A stretch of DNA of 64,000 nucleotides from Candidatus Shapirobacteria bacterium (lineage in GTDB: Bacteria > Patescibacteriota > Microgenomatia > UBA12405), in assembly GCA_041661765.1 (NCBI GenBank), contig JBAZTV010000003.1, positions 143,914-207,913 of the forward strand, written 5' to 3'. This document shows positions 49,801-59,800 of this stretch, piece by piece; positions within the stretch are counted from its first letter, which is position 1; every line of letters starts with the position of its first letter. A program made the position numbers and the translations under genes. The notes beneath the pieces were generated by a model. That model was not told where the DNA came from. It made no database searches and saw nothing but the letters and a program-made list of their open reading frames with translations.

Positions 49801-51809
49801 AATTCGACGAAGGCTACGGCACCACCACCTCAAATTGGGGCAACGGTGGTTCTGCTTTAAATGGAACATTAACTAATATGGCTTCACCTGCTATTACAAC
49901 TTCCGGATGGAATAATTCTGGAAAATTTGGAAAAGCACTTTCATTTGATGCGTCGGATGATTATGTAGATGCAGGTAATGCAGCGAGTTTGACTTTTGGT
50001 TCAGGTCAAAGTTTTACTTATGGAGCTTGGATATATAGTAAAAACCCTCTTGGACGTTGGCAAGGAGTTGTTTATCATGGAGATGTTGGTCAATCTCAAG
50101 GACATTTAGGACTTAATCCCTCAGGCCAACTCTCAGGTGGGACAGGAGATGGCAGCAGTTGGCAAACTCATGAAACAAGCTATTTAATTCCACAAAATAG
50201 GTGGACATATGTTGCTATTGTTTTAAATAGAAACTCAAACATATTAAAATTTTATGCAAATGGTGTTGAGGTAGGAAGCTATTCACATAGTTATGTTCCT
50301 TCGGCGCCAACCATTGGTTTAAGAATAGGAGATGGTAATACGGGTGGTTCAGAACATTTTGATGGTCTCGTTGACGAAGTCAAAATCTACAATTATGCTC
50401 TCACCGCCGATGAAATCAAACAAGATTATAACCAAAGTTCTGCCCTACAAATGGGACAAACTTCTCAAACCATCAGCGGCACCACCACCTCTCTCGATTA
50501 TTGCATCCCCGGCGATACTTCAGCCTGCGCCTCCCCCGTCGCCGAATATAAAATGGATGAAGGCATCGGCACCACCGCTTACGACACCAGTGGTAATAAT
50601 ATAAACGCTGGATTTAATAGTACTCCAACATGGACCCAAGGAAAAATCGGAAAATCATTAAATTTCAATGGCACAACAAATTATTTAACCAACACCAGAA
50701 AAGTTATCACTGGAGGTTTAACCTTTGGGGTTTGGATTAAAACCACCAGCACCGATTCTACTACTACTTATGATGGAAACGCAGCCCAAAATATAATTGG
50801 TGATTCTACTGGCGGTGTCGCTCTTGGTTTTGGAGTTCATGGAGGAAAAGTACGATATCAACACTATACCAGTGCTTGGTATAGTGTTTTAGGTTCAACC
50901 TCAGTCAATGATGGTCTATGGCACTACATCAGCGTCACTCACAATTCATCAACTGGAGCTATTGTTATTTATGTTGATGGCAAACAAGATGGCAGCGGAA
51001 CTCTTGCATATAACGGATCAAGTGCTTATGATATCATCGCTCGTGGTTATGGCGGAGATTATTTTACTGGACAATTAGACCAAATTCGCATCTACAACTA
51101 CGTTCGCACCCCCGCCCAAATCGCCTACGATTACAATAAAGGCGGACCAGTTGGTTGGTGGAAATTTGACGAATGCCAAGGCAATGTTGCCTACGATTGG
51201 AGCGGAGTCGGCAACACCGGCACCATTATTATTGGCGCCTCGGGCACCCAAAATTCCCTTGGTACTTGTGCTGTCGGCACTTCCGCCGCCTGGACCAACG
51301 GCACCAGTGGAAAAATTAATTCTAGTTTAAATTTTGATGGAGTGGATGATGTCGTAGATATTGCAGACAATGCGACCTTAAATGGAACCTCTTTTACTTT
51401 TTCGGCTTGGATATACAGTAATAATTTTAATCAAGAACAAGTATTATTCTCTAATACAAACGCTAGTATTGGATGGCACATTGAAGTTTATCAAGGTAAA
51501 ACAGTAATGCAAGTTTGGCCCGGAGGTGGTTACACAACCTCAATAAAAACCATGTCAAATAATACTTGGTACCACATCGTAATAACTTACAATAATGGTT
51601 CAATTATTTACTATCTCAATGGAGCTCCAAATGGTACTGCTACTCAAACATTTTCTGTCCCTACTGGTCTTACTAAAAGAATAGGACTTTTCTACAATGG
51701 TACTTATCCTTTTGTTGGCAAAATTGATGATGTTCGCATCTACAATTACACTCTAACCTCAGAACAAATAAAAACTCTTTATAACGGCGGAGCGGTTTCG
51801 TTTAACTAA
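46815..51809 (+). CDS. Giant surface protein: TM anchor + DUF2341 + lectin-like domain + 6 LamG domains
   Basis: WWNDGWNYRK, DDIRVTD, IYIYYGN; six (Y/W)W/YKFDE...IDEVKIYN modules. Confidence 0.88.
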   Translation: MKSKKLDINNWSYKSLLIILFFLLIGVVVLWKFVLPNHKVEASWWNDGWNYRKAVSISNTSGSDLTDFQVSLSIGTSALIASGKMQSDCDDIRVTDINGNLLPYWIEENNPGCNQLTDTKIWIKANSLPVSDATIYIYYGNTSAPSSQSGTNTFEFFDDFNDASKTNTNWTATGTGYTITGGNLYHSTTLEPTNNFTSYTINNSSGFTNGIIESRMKPASCGNSYGKSIIARYTDDNNQYIAGLEAWTGGYTHIGRRVSSTWTNIDQDILACSTSTWYQLKWTLNGSNQYLTINGVASSGVDTNLSSGKVGVSVDNRETATGAYWDYIFTHKYSSVEPTASLQSEEAGGGPIAYWKFDEGTGNNAYDSSSQNNTGSMLSAPIWKNESECVSGKCLAFDNVDDGVSINKNFVGLTDYTMSAWVNIKGTHQHYTGAIMSSGDWNTQYWVFGISQANDAINMCAGSCSINYAFQLNKWTHVTVTRSGSQYTLYINGKNSGTYSGSSSALVSSATNTTIGRETYGGGYFAFNGWIDEPKIYPYARTADQIKLDYNSRGSSKGTSANLGGAGTDNNLSNGLVGYWKMDEGTMGSGTTFTDSSGNGNTGTGVSSVAVSTGEFGNGVDIPGPGGSGLGSVINVNDSDSLDIGYTTPMTISFWLNADSTACGAIIKKSGLWEIYRCSANLTIRFDGYDQGSSFNLNNGQWYLVTMTRDPSTNTTKVYINGQQTDSWTYTIGTPNYSGGMGIGAYNGGSYAIDGKLDEVRVYNRALSPSEVSQLYEFAPGPIGYWDFNEASGTVANDKSGNGKNLTTYNSPIWNQGKIGSALDFNGSTQYARRTSETSFQRVNGQEISVSVWIYPKRLGGQYQDIVANRSSSGLNWLIYQHTTDGSIQFHGSAQNKSTYIPPLNQWTHIETTIDAVGNYKLYANGQIVQSLTGYTFGTSGITELTVGNFSANEYYLGKIDEVKIYNYARTQKQIIEDMNANHPAVSANSAIAYYKFDEGYGTTTSNWGNGGSALNGTLTNMASPAITTSGWNNSGKFGKALSFDASDDYVDAGNAASLTFGSGQSFTYGAWIYSKNPLGRWQGVVYHGDVGQSQGHLGLNPSGQLSGGTGDGSSWQTHETSYLIPQNRWTYVAIVLNRNSNILKFYANGVEVGSYSHSYVPSAPTIGLRIGDGNTGGSEHFDGLVDEVKIYNYALTADEIKQDYNQSSALQMGQTSQTISGTTTSLDYCIPGDTSACASPVAEYKMDEGIGTTAYDTSGNNINAGFNSTPTWTQGKIGKSLNFNGTTNYLTNTRKVITGGLTFGVWIKTTSTDSTTTYDGNAAQNIIGDSTGGVALGFGVHGGKVRYQHYTSAWYSVLGSTSVNDGLWHYISVTHNSSTGAIVIYVDGKQDGSGTLAYNGSSAYDIIARGYGGDYFTGQLDQIRIYNYVRTPAQIAYDYNKGGPVGWWKFDECQGNVAYDWSGVGNTGTIIIGASGTQNSLGTCAVGTSAAWTNGTSGKINSSLNFDGVDDVVDIADNATLNGTSFTFSAWIYSNNFNQEQVLFSNTNASIGWHIEVYQGKTVMQVWPGGGYTTSIKTMSNNTWYHIVITYNNGSIIYYLNGAPNGTATQTFSVPTGLTKRIGLFYNGTYPFVGKIDDVRIYNYTLTSEQIKTLYNGGAVSFN

Positions 51810-51978
51810 TTTTCCCCTCCTTGTCAAAATCCCTCTAAATCTCCCTTTGACTTAAAGGGAGACTTTAAAAAAAATTATTATCCCCTCCTTTAAGTCAAAG
51901 GAGGGGTAGGGGTGGATTTTGAAGAAAGGGAGGATACCGGTTTATCCGGAGGAAGGATTCAAATGTTAAACTAAATTA

Positions 51979-54900
51979 GTGTCCAAACTTTCTTACAAAA
52001 CCCTTTTAATAATTCTCTTTTTTCTATTAATTGGTGTTATTGTTTTATGGAAATTTGTATTACCCAATCATAAAGTAGAAGCTAGTTGGTGGAATGATGG
52101 TTGGAATTATCGAGTCGCTGTTAATATCGGTAACACTGGCAGTTCACTCACTAATTTTCAAATCCCCATCAGCGTTGGAACATCTGCTCTAATTAATTCC
52201 AGTAAAATGCAATCCGATTGCGATGATATTCGTGTCGTTGATCAAAATGGTAATTTATTAACTTACTGGGTATCTGGCTGTGGTACCACTTCCACTCAAA
52301 TATGGCCTAAAATACCATCAATTCCCAATGGCGGCGCCACCGTTTATGTTTATTATGGCAATCCTTCAGCCACCTCAGTCAAATCCACCGTTGGCACCAG
52401 TGATTATCCTGGATTAAGTTGTAAATCAATTTTAGATGCCGGCAATTCCACTGGTAATAATACTTATTGGATTGATCCAACCAACGGTAACATTTCCGAT
52501 AAATTTCAAGCCTATTGCGATATGACCAATGATTCTGGCGGTTGGATGTTAGTCACCCAAAGTATGATTAGTAGTGAAGTTGGAACTTCCGTCACCACTA
52601 CAAAAACAACTAATATAAATGGCGGAGTCGATATTTCTAATTCAATCACTCATTCAGGATGTGGAGCCAGTATTTATCATCGAGTTTTATTTACAGATAT
52701 TATTCCCTGGACTAAAATTAAAGCCGACTATGAATTTTTGGGTGGTAATTCTTGTTGGAGTATCTTTGGAAATACTAGCTATACAGGTGGTAGCACTAAT
52801 TTAATTGCTTTTAGTTCAGGCACTGATACCATCCATAATCAAGTAAAAATGGGTGGATCAAATGGTGATAATTATGATGGTATTAACTCTCGTTGCGATA
52901 ACGAAACTTTTAATTTTTGGCATTCCAATCAAGGTGTTGGCACCACCAGAAGTGCTCAAGTTATCTTAAGAAGAAACAGTATGTCTTCTCTGGCTGGTCT
53001 TGGAACCGGAGCTGCTTGTAGTACTGCTGGTTATCCTTGGAAATATAAAAATATTTATGTTCGTGAAGATGTCATGACTTTTGCCGCCACTGCCGGAACC
53101 CCAGCCACTGAAGAAGTCGGCGGTGGCCCAATTGCTTATTGGAAATTCGACGAAGGCACCGGCACCACCGCTTACGATTCAACCACTAATCAAAATAACG
53201 GCATATTCAGCACCGGATCCTCTGCCCCCACTTGGCAAATCGAAGATCAATGTATTTCTGGAAAATGCCTATCCTTTAATAATGTAATGGGTAATAAAAT
53301 AAGCAGTAATTTTCGATATGACAATAATCAATATTTCACCATATCAGCCTTTATTAAACCAACCAGCACCAGTTCTTTCAAAATTATTGCTGGTACTGCC
53401 ATTGGAAATAATATTAACAGTGGATTAACCTTAAACGTTAACAATCTCTGTTTTCATGATTATTCTACTTTCAGCGGCGACAGAGAAATTTGTTCGTCCA
53501 ATAATCCTATTCAACTTAACACATGGCAACACATCGCCCTCATTTACAGTAATGGATCACTCGAATTATTTGTTAATGGAAAAAGTGTTAAAACCGGTTC
53601 ATTTACCATTACCAGTTCTGGCAACACTACTTTAATAGGAGGTTCATCAGCTTTCGATTATAGTGGTGGTCGATTTTTTAGTGGTTTCATTGATGATATT
53701 AAAATCTATCCCTACGCCCGCACTGCAGATCAAATCAAATTAGACTACAACTCTCGCGGATCTTCTAATGGTTCCTCCGTTAATCTCGGAGTCCAATCTT
53801 CCACCGCTCCTGATCTAAATTCTAAACTAATCGGTTATTATAAATTCGACGAAGGCAACGGAAACAATATTAATAACACTAAGTCAACATCTTATGATGG
53901 AACCAAATACAACACCACCAATTGGGATAATAATGGTAAATATAATAAAGCTTTATGGTTTGATGGCACTACCGCTCAATTAATTATTAATAATACTAGT
54001 GGATGGAGAAACAATGGTAACGACATGTCTTTATCAATTTGGATAAAACCCGATTCTTCTGATGATGGTGGTTATATTTTTTCAAAACCCTGGAATGGTA
54101 GTGGCGGTTACAATTATGGATTAACATCAAGTGGTGGAGCTAATCCATCATTTTCTTTTACTCTTACCGGCGCTTCTAGTTTTAGCTTAGGATCAAATAA
54201 AACTGTATCCAGTAATCAATGGCATCAAATAATTATAACTGTCAACAATACCACCAAATTAGTCAAATTTTACATCGATGGAAAAATTACAAATAGTAAT
54301 ACTCACACCATCACCGATTGGACACCTAGTGGTGGAGATGTTAGTGTTAATTTCGTTTTAGGTTGTATCTATCCATATGCAAGCAATTCTTGTGCCGGAG
54401 CTACCACCTATGACTTTAAAGGTTATATGGATGAATTTAAATATTACAATACAGTTTTAACCGACGAAGAAGTTAAACAAGATTATAACCAAGGATCGGC
54501 AATTTCTTTTGGTTCTACCAATCAAACCATCGGCGGCACCACCACTTCACTAGAATATTGCATTCCCGGCGATACGTCAACATGTTTAGCACCAGTCGCC
54601 GAATGGAAAATGGACGAAAAAACTGGCATCACCGTCAAAGACACCAGCGGCAATAATAATAACGGAACTATTACTGGCGCCACTTGGACCACTGGCCAAA
54701 TTGGCGCTGGTTTAAAATTTTCCGGCTCAGGCCAAGCTGTATCTGTTGTAGACAATTCCACGTTAAAACCAACCGCCGCCATCACCACTGAGGCTTGGTT
54801 TAATACTATCGATAAAACTGTTACCAGCCAAAGAATATTATCCAAAACCGAAGGTAGCGGCTATCAACTTAGTATTAATGAAAACAGTGCTTGTCCATCC

Positions 54901-55908
54901 AGTACTTTATGTTTTTTAATCAATATTAATGGTACCTATTATTCCGCTACTTACGCCAGTAGTAATTTATCTAATAACACTTGGTATCATATTGCCGGAT
55001 CTTATGATGGTACAACAGTTAAATTATTTCTAAATGGTTCCAATATTGGCACCACTGCCACAATTAGTAATACTATTACTCAAGCCGCTTACAATTTATG
55101 CATTGGTAGTGAAACCGATGCTGGATCTTGCACTTCTGGATTTTTTAATGGCAAAATTGATCATGTCAAAATCTACGACTATGCCCGCACCCCCGCCCAA
55201 ATCGCCTACGACTACAATAAAGGTGCCCCAGTTGGATGGTGGAAACTCGACGATTGCCAGGGTTTGACCGCGTTTGACTCATCTGGATTAGGAAATAATG
55301 GTGCCATTTCCATCGGCCCCAGTGGAACTCAAAACTCTGCCGGCACTTGTCAAATCGGCACTTCCGCCGCCTGGACCAATGGCGCCACTGGAAAAATTAA
55401 TTCTAGTTTAAATTTTGATGGCAATGATGATTATATTTCAACTTCATATATATCAGGTATTCAATCATTTATTACCATTAGTGCATGGATCAAACCAAAC
55501 GCATTAACCAGTACATACGAAATTTCAAATCAAGGCCAATGGGACGGAGGACCTTGGACAGGTTGGCGATTCAGACAAATAAATAATTATATTAACTTTA
55601 AACTTGGCGATAACACTTCTAATGCATATGAAGCATCAGGTGGAACACTTATACAAAATAGTTGGCAACATGTAGTTGGAATTTGGGATGGCAGCTATAT
55701 TCGTTTATATATAAATGGTAAAGAAGTAGTTAAAACTGCTAAATCATTCACTTATGTTGGAAATACTGGTTCTCATTCAATAGGTAAATATGGCGGATCT
55801 GCATATTTTTTTAAAGGCCAAATTGACGATCTTCGCATCTACAACTACGCTCTCACTCCAGAACAAGTCAAAACTGTTTTTAATAATGGAGCGGTGAATT
55901 TTCAATAA
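51979..55908 (+). CDS. Giant surface protein: TM + DUF2341 + fibrinogen-like YCDxxxxGGW domain + 4 LamG domains
   Basis: SCKSI...YWIDP...AYCDMTNDSGGWMLV; four LamG modules. Confidence 0.88.
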   Translation: MSKLSYKTLLIILFFLLIGVIVLWKFVLPNHKVEASWWNDGWNYRVAVNIGNTGSSLTNFQIPISVGTSALINSSKMQSDCDDIRVVDQNGNLLTYWVSGCGTTSTQIWPKIPSIPNGGATVYVYYGNPSATSVKSTVGTSDYPGLSCKSILDAGNSTGNNTYWIDPTNGNISDKFQAYCDMTNDSGGWMLVTQSMISSEVGTSVTTTKTTNINGGVDISNSITHSGCGASIYHRVLFTDIIPWTKIKADYEFLGGNSCWSIFGNTSYTGGSTNLIAFSSGTDTIHNQVKMGGSNGDNYDGINSRCDNETFNFWHSNQGVGTTRSAQVILRRNSMSSLAGLGTGAACSTAGYPWKYKNIYVREDVMTFAATAGTPATEEVGGGPIAYWKFDEGTGTTAYDSTTNQNNGIFSTGSSAPTWQIEDQCISGKCLSFNNVMGNKISSNFRYDNNQYFTISAFIKPTSTSSFKIIAGTAIGNNINSGLTLNVNNLCFHDYSTFSGDREICSSNNPIQLNTWQHIALIYSNGSLELFVNGKSVKTGSFTITSSGNTTLIGGSSAFDYSGGRFFSGFIDDIKIYPYARTADQIKLDYNSRGSSNGSSVNLGVQSSTAPDLNSKLIGYYKFDEGNGNNINNTKSTSYDGTKYNTTNWDNNGKYNKALWFDGTTAQLIINNTSGWRNNGNDMSLSIWIKPDSSDDGGYIFSKPWNGSGGYNYGLTSSGGANPSFSFTLTGASSFSLGSNKTVSSNQWHQIIITVNNTTKLVKFYIDGKITNSNTHTITDWTPSGGDVSVNFVLGCIYPYASNSCAGATTYDFKGYMDEFKYYNTVLTDEEVKQDYNQGSAISFGSTNQTIGGTTTSLEYCIPGDTSTCLAPVAEWKMDEKTGITVKDTSGNNNNGTITGATWTTGQIGAGLKFSGSGQAVSVVDNSTLKPTAAITTEAWFNTIDKTVTSQRILSKTEGSGYQLSINENSACPSSTLCFLININGTYYSATYASSNLSNNTWYHIAGSYDGTTVKLFLNGSNIGTTATISNTITQAAYNLCIGSETDAGSCTSGFFNGKIDHVKIYDYARTPAQIAYDYNKGAPVGWWKLDDCQGLTAFDSSGLGNNGAISIGPSGTQNSAGTCQIGTSAAWTNGATGKINSSLNFDGNDDYISTSYISGIQSFITISAWIKPNALTSTYEISNQGQWDGGPWTGWRFRQINNYINFKLGDNTSNAYEASGGTLIQNSWQHVVGIWDGSYIRLYINGKEVVKTAKSFTYVGNTGSHSIGKYGGSAYFFKGQIDDLRIYNYALTPEQVKTVFNNGAVNFQ

Positions 55909-55948
55909 TTTATAAACTCACCCTACCCTCCTTTAAAATAGGGAACAA

Positions 55949-56395
55949 TTATTTATTGTTTAAAACCCTCCGCCCTTTGGGCACCTCCCTTGACAGGGAG
56001 GCTTTTCTTTCTTGAATATTTTTTATTATTTCATTTTTAACTTTTTCCAATTCATTTAATATTTCTTTGTTTTTAAATCTTATGGTTTTAATATTTAAAC
56101 AATTTAAAAATTTATCTCTCTTTGAGTCTTGTTCTTGTTTTTTAAGATGATATCCACCATCAATTTCGATCACTAATAATAATTCAGAACAATAAAAATC
56201 TAAAATAAATCTGTCTAATGGTTTTTGTCTGGTAAATTTATAATTCATTGGTCTATTTTTCAAGAATTCATACCAAATTTTTGATTCAGCTTTAGTCATT
56301 TTATGTCTATTTATTTTGGCTGCCCATCTTAATTGTTCCAAATATTTTAAATTTCCCTTTTGAGTCATTATTTCAACACATGTAATATCTCTCAC
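55949..56395 (-). CDS. DUF559 / Vsr-like endonuclease, copy 2
   Basis: MTKAE..IW, FTRQKPLDRFILDFYC, IEIDGGYH. Confidence 0.92.
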   Translation of the reverse strand: MRDITCVEIMTQKGNLKYLEQLRWAAKINRHKMTKAESKIWYEFLKNRPMNYKFTRQKPLDRFILDFYCSELLLVIEIDGGYHLKKQEQDSKRDKFLNCLNIKTIRFKNKEILNELEKVKNEIIKNIQERKASLSREVPKGRRVLNNK

Positions 56396-56463
56396 AAATA
56401 ATTATTAGGATTTAAAGCCTCCCTGTCAAGGGAGGTGGCGAGTGAAACGAGACGGAGGGTTTT
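55962..56463. mobile_element. DUF559 gene bracketed by inverted bipartite palindromic repeats
   Basis: AAAACCCTCCG-hairpin-CACCTCCCTTGACAGGGAGGC at 55962-56002 and its reverse complement, with a different inner hairpin, at 56417-56463. Confidence 0.6.
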
Positions 56464-56486
56464 GAATTAAAAATGAATCCCCTCCC

Positions 56487-56810
56487 CATGTTATCCTTTT
56501 TATATATAATGCCTCGTAAAAAACCCTTTCAAAATCCCTCTAAGTCTCCCTTTGACTTAAAGGGAGACTTTAAAAACAAAATTTTATTATCCCCTCCTTT
56601 AAGTCAAAGGAGGGGTAGGGGTGGATTTTGACATGAAATCAAAAAAATTAGATATTAATAATTGGTCAGTAAAGAGTTTATTAATTATTTTATTTTTCTT
56701 ATTAATTAGTATTGTTATTCTTTGGAAATTTGTCTTACCAAATCATAAAGTAGAGGCTAGTTGGTGGAATGATGGTTGGAATTATAGGAAAGCGGTTAGT
56801 ATTAGTAATA
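56487..56810 (+). repeat. Direct duplication of the LamG-gene upstream region and 5' end (copy of 46669-46990)
   Basis: CATGTTATCC...GACATGAAATCAAAAAAATTAGATATTAATAATTGGTC is near-identical in both places. Confidence 0.9.
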
Positions 56811-59800
56811 CTGGTGCTGCTCAAACCAACACCCAAATTAAAATCCTTAATAATTATGATCTAAGTGCTCTAGTTACTGCTGGAAAAATTCAAGCCGATT
56901 TAGACGATTTAAGATTTACTGACATCAATGGAAATTTACTAAATTATTGGATTGAAGATTCCACTAATAATAGTGTTGATATTTGGGGTGTTGTTTCTTC
57001 ACTTCCAACATCAGGTACTACTATTTATATGTATTATGGAAATCCTTCAGCAACCAGTGTCAGTAGCACTTCAAATATAACCATCGGTGGCACAATGACA
57101 TCTATCGGTGGCTATCGTATTCACACATTTACTAGTAATGGAACCTTAACAAACGCCAATAATACCAATGCCGAAGTTTTAGTTGTCGCCGGTGGCGGCG
57201 GCGGCGGATCTTCATCTGGTGTTGGTGATGGTGGTAGTGGCGGCGGAGGCGCTGGAGGTCTAACCTATAATTCATCTTATGCCCTAACTCAAGGACAAAT
57301 TATTAATATCACTGTTGGTGTCGGTGGAACCAATGGTGCCACTTCTTCACATCAATCAGGGACAGATGGTGGCAATTCTATTTTTGGAGCTATTACTACA
57401 AACGGTGGTGGAGGCGGTGGAACCACTGGTGTAAATGGTCGACCTGGGGGTTCCGGTGGTGGCGGTGGTTACAATGGTTATACTACCATTCGCTATGGTG
57501 GAAGTGGTGTTGTTGGAATTGGAAATTCAGGTGGAGCTACTACTGATTTAGCTTCAGCATCAGGAGCTGGTGGAGGTGGAGCCGGAGGAGTTGGTGGAAA
57601 TAATATAACAGGTCATGTTGGAGGAAATGGTGGTTTAGGAATTAATTATTCTATAACTGGAATCGGGGTAACCTATGCCAGTGGTGGTCGTGGCGGCGGC
57701 GGCGCCGCCCCTGTTAACAAAACAGCCAATACTGGTAATGGCGGTGATGGAGCTTATTCTACCAGTATACCCACCAGTGGTGCTTCCGGCATTGTTGTCG
57801 TCAGATTTTTATCTGGAACCGCCAGCACCCCTTCCACCGAAGAAGCCGGCGGTGGCCCAATTGCTTATTGGAAATTCGACGAAGGCACCGGCACTTCTGC
57901 TTATAATTCAACTACAAGCAACCATAATGGTGCTCTTCAAAACGGAACTTCTTGGGCCTCTGAAGATCAATGTGTTTCAGGAAAATGTTTAAAATTTGAT
58001 GGAGTAAATGATTATGTTAGTGCTGGGGTTGGAACCGATTATCTCCCCATGAATACTTTTTCTATATGTGCTTGGGCAAAATCTCCAGGCCTTGCCTCTG
58101 GTATGAGTTTAAATGGAATAATAAGTTACACCTATGGTTTAACAATGTCCATTGACGGATCTGGACATTTTCTTAGTAGAGTAGATGATGGATCAAATAT
58201 AGTTGGTGTAACTGAATCATCTCAAAATCTTTATGATAATAAATTTCATCATCTATGTTTTACATTTGATGGTACTAATCGTTATATGTATATTGACGGT
58301 AAATTAAAAGTAACAACCGCAACTACATGGAACAATAGATATTCAAGTAATTCAGTAAATATCGGACACGAAAACAATAATTCACCTATTTATAAATTTA
58401 ATGGTTTCATTGATGAACCAAAAATTTATCCCTACGCCCGCACCGCCGCTCAAATCAAACTCGACTACAATTCCCGCGGTTCTTCCAAAGGCACTTCCGC
58501 CAATCTCGGATCCGCCGCTAGTGATAATAATTTATCTGATGGATTAGTCGGTTATTGGAAAATGGACGAAAATACAGGCATAAGTATTACTGATAGTTCA
58601 GGATTAGGTTACACCGGAATTTTTGGAACTGGAGATTCTGCTCCTTCTTGGTCAAGTGGAAAATTCGGGGTTGGCACCAGTTTTGACGGTAGTAATGATT
58701 ATATTGACGCCGGAAATGTTTTAAATATGGGCACTAATGATATGACCATATCAACGTGGATAAAAACCACCAATTCTAGTTCCACTGCTCAATATATAGT
58801 AAGTAAATCTTTAGCCGCTGCTCAAAATTATCGCTATGGTATTTTTACTAGAAATGGTACTGCTGGAATTTTTATGCAAGGTGACGGTGGAGCTGATGTT
58901 GTGGTTTATGGTACTAAAAATATAGCCGATGGAAATTGGCATAATATTACATATATTTTTAACAGAGATGATAAAGCCGATATTTATGTTGATGGAATTT
59001 ACGATGTGGGGCAAACAATATCTCAATGGAACGGAAAAAATATGGTTTCTATTAATCCTTTTAGGATCGGTGCCTACACTGCAGCTGACAACACAGGTAT
59101 TACTTCCTCATTTAGTGGTTTTATAGATGAAACTCGAGTTTACAACCGCGCCCTTTCCCCCACTGAAGTTTCTCAACTTTACGAATTCGCCCCCGGACCA
59201 ATTTTTTATTGGGATTTTAACGAAGGAATCGGTACCACTGCTTTTGACAAACAAAACCACACAAATTTACCTATTTCAAATGCCACCTATACATCGGGTA
59301 AATATGGCGGTGGATTAAATTTCAATGGAAATGCTTGGTTAGAAAAATCAATTTCTCCATCAATTGCCGCCGCTCAAGATTATACCCAATGTCTTTGGTT
59401 TAACACTTCAACCAATGCCACTAGACAAATATTAATTGATGATTCTAATCAATGGGAACATTGGATCGCTATTAACACCAATAAAACAATTTCTGGTTGT
59501 TATTATAATGCTTCTCAAATGTGTGCCACTTCTACTAACATCATTAATTTAAACACCTGGAATTATGTTTGTTTAGCCGTTCAATCTGGACAAAAAATGA
59601 GCTTATTTTTAAATGGATCACTTTGGGCTGAAAACACTAATATTGGCAGCACTTTACCTAAAATTTATGATGATGTTTGTATTGGTAAAGCTGGAGGAGG
59701 TTCCAATGAAAAATTTACTGGAAAAATTGACGATGTCAAAATCTACAATTACGCCCGCACCCAAAAACAAATCACTGAAGATATGAATGCTAACCACCCT

